Source: Octopus bimaculoides
Taxonomy: Eukaryota
Assembly (NCBI RefSeq): GCF_001194135.2
Contig: NC_069000.1
Location: forward strand, 20,501,613-20,565,612
Reading direction: 5' to 3'
Length of the DNA stretch: 64,000 bases
Part shown: piece after piece, positions 53,649-64,000 of the stretch
How the letters are laid out: each line of letters starts with the position of its first letter
Position numbering within the stretch: the stretch's first letter is position 1
Position numbers and translations under genes: made by a program
The notes under the pieces: generated by a model
Database searches by the model: none
Seen by the model: the letters and a program-made list of their open reading frames with translations, nothing else
Told to the model about the DNA's origin: nothing

Positions 53649-54338
53649 CTTAATAATAATAATAANNNNNNNNNNNNNNNNNNNNNNNNNNNNNNNNNNN
53701 NNNNNNNNNNNNNNNNNNNNNNNNNNNNNNNNNNNNNNNNNNNNNNNNNNNNNNNNNNNNNNNNNNNNNNNNNNNNNNNNNNNNNNNNNNNNNNNNNNNN
53801 NNNNNNNNNNNNNNNNNNNNNNNNNNNNNNNNNNNNNNNNNNNNNNNNNNNNNNNNNNNNNNNNNNNNNNNNNNNNNNNNNNNNNNNNNNNNNNNNNNNN
53901 NNNNNNNNNNNNNNNNNNNNNNNNNNNNNNNNNNNNNNNNNNNNNNNNNNNNNNNNNNNNNNNNNNNNNNNNNNNNNNNNNNNNNNNNNNNNNNNNNNNN
54001 NNNNNNNNNNNNNNNNNNNNNNNNNNNNNNNNNNNNNNNNNNNNNNNNNNNNNNNNNNNNNNNNNNNNNNNNNNNNNNNNNNNNNNNNNNNNNNNNNNNN
54101 NNNNNNNNNNNNNNNNNNNNNNNNNNNNNNNNNNNNNNNNNNNNNNNNNNNNNNNNNNNNNNNNNNNNNNNNNAGAGAATAAAGAGGAAAAGAAACTTAG
54201 TTATGTTCATTTTTTTGGCTTTAAATAAGTACCTGTAATACACTGGACGTGTCACAAACTTTTCGCAACTCCCTCACCCAAGAATATTTAAATAAAAAAA
54301 GAAATTTAAAAAATCTGCCACCTATGTGTGTATGTGTG

Positions 54339-54377
<39 letters not shown>

Positions 54378-54701
54378 GTGTGCGAGTGAGTATTTGTGTG
54401 TATGCGTATGTGTACGGTATGTGTGCGTGTGTATGTGTGTGTGTGCGAGTGAGTATTTGTGTGAGTGTATCTGTGAGTATGTGCGTGTGCGCGCGTGTGT
54501 GTGTGTGTACGTGTGTGTGTGTGTTTGTGTGCGCGCGCGCGTTGTGTGTAAGAAAGTAACTGTTCTGCTATGTTAGGCGGGAATAGCTACCATTAGATAA
54601 CATCGCCAGAGAAAAATATAAAAAAACAAAAAATAATAATGAAGAAAAAGTACACCGAACTAATGCATCTGTTGCTGTCACGACTGCTACAACTATTACG
54701 T

Positions 54702-54738
<37 letters not shown>

Positions 54739-55575
54739 CGGCAGCAGCTGTAGTAGTAATAGTAGTAGTAGTAGTAATAGTAGTAGTCGTAGCAGCAGCA
54801 GTAGAACTACTACTACTACTATTACTACTGCTGCTACTGCTGCTGCCGGTCTGACAGCAGCAGTAGCAGTAAACTCCACCACCAACAGAAATGACAGTTT
54901 TGCTTTAAACGTGTAAAAAATCCCAGCAGGACCAACAGTTATAATAACTTACAACTACTATTATTTATAATAACACATACACACACACACACACACACAC
55001 TCATATATTTATATATATANNNNNNNNNNNNNNNNNNNNNNNNNNNNNNNNNNNNNNNNNNNNNNNNNNNNNNNNNNNNNNNNNNNNNNNNNNNNNNNNN
55101 NNNNNNNNNNNNNNNNNNNNNNNNNNNNNNNNNNNNNNNNNNNNNNNNNNNNNNNNNNNNNNNNNNNNNNNNNNNNNNNNNNNNNNNNNNNNNNNNNNNN
55201 NNNNNNNNNNNNNNNNNNNNNNNNNNNNNNNNNNNNNNNNNNNNNNNNNNNNNNNNNNNNNNNNNNNNNNNNNNNNNNNNNNNNNNNNNNNNNNNNNNNN
55301 NNNNNNNNNNNNNNNNNNNNNNNNNNNNNNNNNNNNNNNNNNNNNNNNNNNNNNNNNNNNNNNNNNNNNNNNNNNNNNNNNNNNNNNNNNNNNNNNNNNN
55401 NNNNNNNNNNNNNNNNNNNNNNNNNNNNNNNNNNNNNNNNNNNNNNNNNNNNNNNNNNNNNNNNNNNNNNNNNNNNNNNNNNNNNNNNNNNNNNNNNNNN
55501 NNNNNNNNNNNNNNNNNNNNNNNNNNNNNNNNNNNNNNNNNNNNNNNNNNNNNNNNNNNNNNNNNNNNNNNNNNN

Positions 55576-55606
<31 letters not shown>

Positions 55607-57079
55607 ATTTGTGTGTGTGTGTGTTCACACACGCAAAAGAATATATGTAATATTGCGTAAGTCAGATAAACAGAGAGCAAGAGAACGAAGAGACAGAAAG
55701 AGAAAAAAGCCGCAGTGACGTGGGTAAAACTGCAAAAAGCTGGTAAATGTAATAGCAAGCACACAGACACAGACGCTCGCTCGCTCACTGAGTCACTGGT
55801 GCACCATTGACATACGGGCGAAGCAGAAAACAGAACGGAGTGGTTAATTATAGACGAAAAAAGAAACAAAGAACGAAAAGAAAAAAAAGAAAGAAAGGAA
55901 TACGAGGAAAAAGAAAAAGGGGAAAAAAGAGAGCGTGAAGGAAAATACAAATAAGAAATAAGAAAAAGCAAGTGGAATAAATGGTAAGAATGACAAAGGA
56001 TGAAAAATGGATAAAATGTTGTCTGTGACTTGTGTATACGTGTGAACGTGTGTGAACGTGTGTGAACGTGTGTGAATGCACGACTGTGTGGGGTTTTGTT
56101 ATAAAGTGTCTCACAGATGCATTCCACTCGGAACAAAACACACAAATACACTCGTACATACGTAATCACATACAAGGCAAATTACAAACACGCGCGAGAA
56201 CACGTTTCTGTTGGGGACCACCACACCACCAAGCACACACACACTCATACACACACACACACACGCACACACACACACACAAACGCACACACGCACACAC
56301 ACATATACACAAAGCGTACCCTAGAGTATTTATATTAGTCGATTTCTCTGCTAGAAATATCAGTCAAATTACCCCTGATCACTGCGATGTCCTACACCCA
56401 AAAATGTGGAGGGGAAAAGTCAACAGAACGGTCATGTCGGGAATAACTTTTGTCATGCATTTGAGCTTTGAACATTCAGATGTGTGAAAGGGCTAAAATA
56501 GCATTTTATGGTGCATATTTACTTACATGCACACATATATATGTATATGTATAAATATTTCTATGTATATGTGTATATATATATATACACACACAAAAAT
56601 ATATGCATATATGTAGGTATGTATATATATATATANNNNNNNNNNNNNNNNNNNNNNNNNNNNNNNNNNNNNNNNNNNNNNNNNNNNNNNNNNNNNNNNN
56701 NNNNNNNNNNNNNNNNNNNNNNNNNNNNNNNNNNNNNNNNNNNNNNNNNNNNNNNNNNNNNNNNNNNNNNNNNNNNNNNNNNNNNNNNNNNNNNNNNNNN
56801 NNNNNNNNNNNNNNNNNNNNNNNNNNNNNNNNNNNNNNNNNNNNNNNNNNNNNNNNNNNNNNNNNNNNNNNNNNNNNNNNNNNNNNNNNNNNNNNNNNNN
56901 NNNNNNNNNNNNNNNNNNNNNNNNNNNNNNNNNNNNNNNNNNNNNNNNNNNNNNNNNNNNNNNNNNNNNNNNNNNNNNNNNNNNNNNNNNNNNNNNNNNN
57001 NNNNNNNNNNNNNNNNNNNNNNNNNNNNNNNNNNNNNNNNNNNNNNNNNNNNNNNNNNNNNNNNNNNNNNNNNNNNNNN

Positions 57080-57139
<60 letters not shown>

Positions 57140-57259
57140 TACACACACACACGCACACACACACACACAAACAGGTATACTGATGTAAGCAGAAAAAAAA
57201 ATAGAACTCAAAATGTGAGTATATGTATATTTTTTATTAATATATAGCAGAAGTAACAG

Positions 57260-57325
57260 AGTGACACATGGTCCGAGAGTTTCATGCGTTGGTACACGAA
57301 CGAAACTCTCAGACTTTGAGTCATT
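57260..57325 (-). ncRNA. Pre-miRNA-like hairpin (candidate)
   Basis: Minus strand GTCTGAGAGTTTCGTTCGT-GTACCA-ACGCATGAAACTCTCGGAC: 19-position stem with one mismatch and two G-U pairs, 6-nt loop, and a basal extension GACTC/GTGTC. Not a family I recognise. Confidence 0.3.
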
Positions 57326-57689
57326 ATATTACTGCCTTATATTAATGAATATATATATATACAAATTTCAGTAGGCTATTAGAATACCACTTGCTATAAA
57401 CACAGCTATCAGTCCAAAACCAAAAGTTACTCACTATTAAAATACACATGGCGAATGTAACAAACATAACAGAAATAGGCTTACCTTGTATGAACTACTG
57501 AAGGGATAGGTCTGTTTATAGCAAGTGCCATTTTAATACCCTACTAAATTTTGCTTATACTTTACTTATAAAAGTGTAAACTTGCTAGCCACTTTATTAT
57601 AATTGGCAATGATACCTATTTAATTTATACATACATACATACATACATATATATATATATGAGTGTTTGTGTGTAAGCACACAGACACA

Positions 57690-57728
<39 letters not shown>

Positions 57729-57855
57729 TTATATATGTATTATATATATAGGGTCGAATGAATACATGCACCAACATAACACACAGACATACAGATAGAT
57801 AAATACAAAATAGGAACGCATACACATATAGATACAGGGGGCAGCAGTGTGCTAA

Positions 57856-57894
<39 letters not shown>

Positions 57895-58346
57895 AATTTA
57901 AGGATTGGAGAAAACGCATGTTACTCAAATACCCAAAATTTCAAGGAGTTCCTGCCTNNNNNNNNNNNNNNNNNNNNNNNNNNNNNNNNNNNNNNNNNNN
58001 NNNNNNNNNNNNNNNNNNNNNNNNNNNNNNNNNNNNNNNNNNNNNNNNNNNNNNNNNNNNNNNNNNNNNNNNNNNNNNNNNNNNNNNNNNNNNNNNNNNN
58101 NNNNNNNNNNNNNNNNNNNNNNNNNNNNNNNNNNNNNNNNNNNNNNNNNNNNNNNNNNNNNNNNNNNNNNNNNNNNNNNNNNNNNNNNNNNNNNNNNNNN
58201 NNNNNNNNNNNNNNNNNNNNNNNNNNNNNNNNNNNNNNNNNNNNNNNNNNNNNNNNNNNNNNNNNNNNNNNNNNNNNNNNNNNNNNNNNNNNNNNNNNNN
58301 NNNNNNNNNNNNNNNNNNNNNNNNNNNNNNNNNNNNNNNNNNNNNN

Positions 58347-58381
<35 letters not shown>

Positions 58382-58953
58382 TATATGTATAAACACAAAA
58401 ATAAATTTATAACCACCCATACAGGTGCTTTGTATGTATGTTTGCATATATGTGTCCATGTCTATAAGAGCATAGTCTTACCAGTGGTCACTTTGAATTA
58501 TATCTGTCGGCACACTTTCGTTTCGAATTATGTAGATGATATTGAGCTGTAAAAATATTTCCTATTTTTCATGTATTAGACAAGATACTTTATCTCCTCT
58601 ACTGGCATGAAAACAGGACAGCTGCACATTGCTTCAATTCTCTAAATATTCAAAATGTTCTCAATTTTATTGTATGATATTCTGAAGTTTAATCTCCTAT
58701 CCGTATTTGGAAATGGTCGCACTTGCCTCAAGCATCGGTATAGCCTACTCGGGAAGGGAACATTATTTCAAGAGGTCAAGAGAAAAAATTTACAATGGTG
58801 TTTGATATGCTTATATATGCTTTACATATATGTATATACGTGTATATGCATACAAATACACACTCACACACATAATATACGCACACATGAATATATTAAT
58901 ACAGATAACTCTCTTTCTTTTATTACCCACACATGGCTGCACACAGAGGGGGC

Positions 58954-59021
<68 letters not shown>

Positions 59022-59395
59022 ATGATACATGCATACATACATACATACATATGTATGTACATACATATGCACGTATGCATACATACAAGTGAGCAATTGA
59101 ATTCCCTGCTGAGTATACAATAGCAAGACAACCCTTAATGTATTTCTGAGCAGAATTAACGGATTGTGACATGTCTGCCAATGACCTGCAGAATCCAGTC
59201 GGAAAGCTCCCCAATTATTCACACGATGGTTGGTTAGAAATGAGGCTAATTTATGTGACACCTGTCGAAAATGACACGCAGTGGAGTTGAACGCGGAACA
59301 TCGCGAGTTCAATGCTTTCAGCTATACATGTGTACATGTAAGTCTGTACACACATGTAAGTCTGTACACACATGTAAGTCTGTACATGTAAGTCT

Positions 59396-59453
<58 letters not shown>

Positions 59454-59557
59454 GTTTATTTATCAATTCATCTATCTATTTATCTCTGTCTTTCACTTCC
59501 TCTTTCCATATATATATAGATGCATATATACATACATATATAAACACACACACACAG

Positions 59558-59710
59558 CTCCCTGTTTCTTTCTGTGTTCGTTCCTGTGGAAGAGCGTAGG
59601 CTCGAAACGTTCAAGACTTTTTCACCCCCCGAGTGTTAAACTAATACATGTGTTTGTTGTCTACACCACCTGTCTTCGTCTTTTGTTTCTTTTTTTTGTG
59701 AATTCTCCCC
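59558..59710 (+). mobile_element. Probable Penelope-type terminal repeat fragment with a degenerate hammerhead-like motif
   Basis: CTGTGGA-A-GAGC-GTAG-GCTC-GAAACGTT has a 4-bp stem II, GAAA and a palindromic ACGT. The core has A6>T and stem I pairs poorly. Confidence 0.35.
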
Positions 59711-59843
59711 ATAGATATACATATATATATATATGTGTATGTATGTATGTACCTATATATATATAGATAAATACATATACATATCTATATATATAGATAT
59801 ATATATATGTATACATGTTTATATGTATACGTGTATATATGTA

Positions 59844-59896
<53 letters not shown>

Positions 59897-60864
59897 NNNN
59901 NNNNNNNNNNNNNNNNNNNNNNNNNNNNNNNNNNNNNNNNNNNNNNNNNNNNNNNNNNNNNNNNNNNNNNNNNNNNNNNNNNNNNNNNNNNNNNNNNNNN
60001 NNNNNNNNNNNNNNNNNNNNNNNNNNNNNNNNNNNNNNNNNNNNNNNNNNNNNNNNNNNNNNNNNNNNNNNNNNNNNNNNNNNNNNNNNNNNNNNNNNNN
60101 NNNNNNNNNNNNNNNNNNNNNNNNNNNNNNNNNNNNNNNNNNNNNNNNNNNNNNNNNNNNNNNNNNNNNNNNNNNNNNNNNNNNNNNNNNNNNNNNNNNN
60201 NNNNNNNNNNNNNNNNNNNNNNNNNNNNNNNNNNNNNNNNNNNNNNNNNNNNNNNNNNNNNNNNNNNNNNNNNNNNNNNNNNNNNNNNNNNNNNNNNNNN
60301 NNNNNNNNNNNNNNNNNNNNNNNNNNNNNNNNNNNNNNNNNNNNNNNNNNNNNNNNNNNNNNNNNNNNNNNNNNNNNNNNNNNNNNNNNNNNNNNNNNNN
60401 NNNNNNNNNNNNNNNNNNNNNNNNNNNNNNNNNNNNNNNNNNNNNNNNNNNNNNNNNNNNNNNNNNNNNNNNNNNNNNNNNNNNNNNNNNNNNNNNNNNN
60501 NNNNNNNNNNNNNNNNNNNNNNNNNNNNNNNNNNNNNNNNNNNNNNNNNNNNNNNNNNNNNNNNNNNNNNNNNNNNNNNNNNNNNNNNNNNNNNNNNNNN
60601 NNNNNNNNNNNNNNNNNNNNNNNNNNNNNNNNNNNNNNNNNNNNNNNNNNNNNNNNNNNNNNNNNNNNNNNNNNNNNNNNNNNNNNNNNNNNNNNNNNNN
60701 NNNNNNNNNNNNNNNNNNNNNNNNNNNNNNNNNNNNNNNNNNNNNNNNNNNNNNNNNNNNNNNNNNNNNNNNNNNNNNNNNNNNNNNNNNNNNNNNNNNN
60801 NNNNNNNNNNNNNNNNNNNNNNNNNNNNNNNNNNNNNNNNNNNNNNNNNNNNNNNNNNNNNNNN

Positions 60865-60912
<48 letters not shown>

Positions 60913-61169
60913 TACAGAGAGATACATAAATATATATATATTAACATCTATCTATATATCAGTCATTCTATCTATTTATCTATCTAAATATATATATATA
61001 CATACACACACACAAACATATGTGTGTGTGATATGTGTGTGTGCGATATGTGTGTATGTGTTATATGCTAATATCCATTTGAACTATAGTTTTTTCAATC
61101 CTTCTTCTTCACTATAGATGTATGTTGTATGTATGAATGTATGTATGTATATACATACATACAAAAATG

Positions 61170-61226
<57 letters not shown>

Positions 61227-61485
61227 ACAATATATATGTAGTTGTATATGTGTGTATATATATGTAGAAATGCAGTTGCAATAGGTATTCAAAGAATAAA
61301 ACGGGCCTCACACTAAGCTCTCCGCCATTTGCATGGCTAACATGAATCATCGTGGTGGAAGGATGCTTGTCTATGTATACTGTATATGTGTTCAACATCG
61401 ATGCAACATCTATTATGTAACTAACATAATTATGAAACAGCTGTAACGTATGGAGTAGCATTTCTTACGTGACTACACTTACGTG

Positions 61486-61524
<39 letters not shown>

Positions 61525-61983
61525 TGTACACATATATATGACAATATGCATATTCATATTTATGTTTATATGGGAAAGCACATGTGCTGAAATTCTTTTG
61601 CATGTATTGATGCATACCTTTCTCGTTGCATGTATGTATAACCGTACATTTATATTTAAAATCATGCAAATACACAATCCTGTCATCTATATTTTGTATT
61701 TCTGTGCTTGTGTTTGTGTGTGTATGTGAGTGTGTGTGTGTATGTATATGTGTGTGTCTGTATGTTTGTGCGAATGCTTCTGCTTGTGGCGGCATGAATA
61801 TGCTTGTTTGGGTCGGTGTGTGAAGGAATGAGCTATATATATATATATATATATATATACAGATAAGATAGATGCATAGATACATTTCTTTTATTAGCCA
61901 CACAGGGCTCAACGGAGATGGGACAAATACAATGTAGAGCTTTTCTTTTTGGGAGGGGGAAGGAAAAAAAAATGCATAGATGC

Positions 61984-62024
<41 letters not shown>

Positions 62025-62504
62025 TAGACAGACAGTATGAAAAAGAGGGCGAAAGGTATAGTGTCTGTACATTTATATTTCAAAGATAATCAACATCGAT
62101 GCAGTTATTGGCGAGATTAGCAAATATGTTTAAAATATCTTTGGCGTCACACTGGAGGCTTAAGCATTGCTTTATTTTTATGGCAATAATATACCACCGT
62201 TTTCACCAATAATCGGCTTACTATATTTTGCGTAATATTACATATCCATATTAACAGTGGATAAAAGGTAAGATTTCGACTGGTGTATAATCCGCGCTCA
62301 CTTTGGATTCCCGGCAGAAATCAGTAGCCTTTATGCTATTAAGCTTTTTGGGAGCTGCATGATCCCCACACATGCAACACTAAACTTTGATTGCTCATAC
62401 AATGGTCTCTCACTCTATCACTTTTCTCTCTGTCTCTGTCTCTCTCACACTCTCTCTCTTTCATACATATATTACACACGCGCGCACGCATGCACGAGTT
62501 ACTG

Positions 62505-62712
62505 AAAATTTCCTGAGTTTGTGAGTGACGCGAAAGGCCTGGTCTCGAGGCCCAACCTTTCCGAGTTCCTTTACGGGGCTTAGAAAAACTGACGGACCGC
62601 TGCAATAAGTGTGTGAATCTGAAGTGAGGAATATGTTGAATAAAATCATAATTAACTGATCCCCCTGTATTTTCTTTTATCCAAAGCCTGGATCTTTTCA
62701 GCACCCGCTCAT
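62505..62712 (-). mobile_element. Probable mariner-type non-autonomous fragment (one end)
   Basis: The minus strand begins TA-TGAGCGGGTGCTGAAAAGATCCAGGCTT next to a (TA)(TG)n tract, resembling mariner ends of the TACGAGGG.GTGCTGAAAAGT type. GC-richer than flanks. No ORF and no partner TIR found. Confidence 0.4.
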
Positions 62713-63581
62713 ATATGTATGTGTGTGTGGGTATGTGCGTGTATATGCGTGTGTGTGTGTGTGTATTTGTACGCATGCATGTTTGTAAATATATGCATGT
62801 GCGTATGTATGTATATATGTATGCATGTATGCACGTATGTATGCAGTCATCCAAAAGTGTTTTACATTCTGCTATTTATAGCTTTATGTGTCTACTTCGA
62901 GATACTCATCCACCCGTACACCCGAAAAAATTCATTCTCGTTCTCCTGGAAGTTTATAAAATTCTTATGACGTCAGCAACATACAATTCTCGCTGGTAAG
63001 AACAAAGTTTCTAAAATGGACAGATTATTTCGAAGGATTGCTTTGATATCACGTTAGAACGCCTGTGATATCTACAGGAGATGAGTTCGTGTCCCACGAG
63101 TACAACTTCAACATTTCCTATTCAAAAGGGTTTTTTCAATCCAATAATTTTACATGCTATAATTTATAGCTTTGAGTATGTCCTTCGAGATATTCCCAAA
63201 ACGAAGGTGTGTGTATGTGTGTGTATGTGAGTGTGCGTATGTGTGTATTTTAGCCAATATGCAATGACTGTGTGATAAAATATGTTTCTGGACTAAAATA
63301 TATTACTAGAAAAACGCACGCTCACATTAATACATATTTTGACAGTCTCAATTTTTATATATATACATATATAGAACAGAAGAACACATATATTTCAAGA
63401 AATATGAAATACCAAAATTGCTGACTTTCGTTGCATTTGTTCACAACTTCAACCCACAGATATACATATATATATACATACACTTATACATACATACACA
63501 CATACACACATATATCACAGACCACTAGATAATCCTCTATTGTTGTACCAGTAATACACTATTCAAACGATAATTGATTCT

Positions 63582-63804
63582 GCGGCGAGCTGGCAGAATC
63601 GTTAGCACGCCGGGCATAAATGCTAAATGGTATTTCGTCCCGTCATTCTGTTCTGAGTTCAAATCCCACCGAGGTCGAATTTGCCTTTTATCTCTCATCG
63701 CGGGGTCGATAACATAAGTACCAGTTGAACACTGCGATCGATTTAATCGACTTTACATCTTTGCCCAGAAATTGGTGGCTTTGTATGTACCAAAATTTGA
63801 AACC
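63582..63804 (+). mobile_element. tRNA-derived SINE family B
   Basis: GCGGCGAGCTGGCAGAATCGTTAGCACGCCGGGC...GAGTTCAAATCCCACCGAGGTCG...GGGGTCGATAACATAAGTACCAGT; colinear with 39871-40101. Confidence 0.85.
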
Positions 63805-64000
63805 AATATTGTTTTCACCTACTCACATACACATAGAATTTACACACATTAAAATTCATAAACACATGCGTTCTCGCATGTTCAGATTTTCACGTTCATT
63901 GATAGGCGTAAATAAGCAAGCATTTTCCGAGCAGATTTGTCTGTGAGTGCATATGCACATACTATATGCACGAAATAGAGTAGACCATTATGCATTTTAC

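Noticed and set aside
52950-54885. Poly-Thr/Ser/Leu/Val/Asn ORFs as a low-complexity exon
   Set aside because: Pure trinucleotide tracts are open in several frames on both strands, with no recognisable domain or convincing splice boundaries.
59330-59400. 18-bp tandem repeat ACATGTAAGTCTGTACAC
   Set aside because: Simple local slippage (about 4 copies) adjoining a (CA)n tract, with no further structure.
62258-62273. 10-nt microexon AG|TGGATAAAAG|GTAAGA
   Set aside because: The acceptor lacks a pyrimidine tract and the exon is too short to support without transcripts.

Overview
AT-rich, intron-like or intergenic animal DNA from a gapped draft assembly: about 26 N-gaps, roughly 12 kb by my hand count, most flanked by microsatellites. 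The extreme density of (TA)n/(CA)n/(GA)n/(TAGA)n/(TACA)n tracts, together with several tRNA-derived SINE families, points to an octopus genome (inference, not verified). I cannot identify any protein-coding host gene. Almost all long ORFs in the track are microsatellite or N-gap artefacts; only a few weak candidate exons remain (best 50757-50870, minus strand). What I can support is mobile DNA: three tRNA-derived SINE families (one CORE-type), decayed Penelope-like, RTE and Jockey/CR1-group retroelements, an internally deleted mariner, and MITE-like elements. There are also two degenerate minisatellites and exact duplications next to gaps. The most interesting signal is a set of sequence-distinct minimal type I hammerhead ribozyme motifs (2760-2803 minus, 18382-18421, 18892-18949, and a degenerate one at 59584-59617). 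The best sits inside a 543-bp unit bounded by 63-bp direct repeats and preceded by a perfect 126-bp palindrome, which resembles a non-coding Penelope pLTR or retrozyme-like element. A pre-miRNA-like hairpin at 57260-57325 is also worth testing. All alignments and folds were done by eye; no database searches were run.
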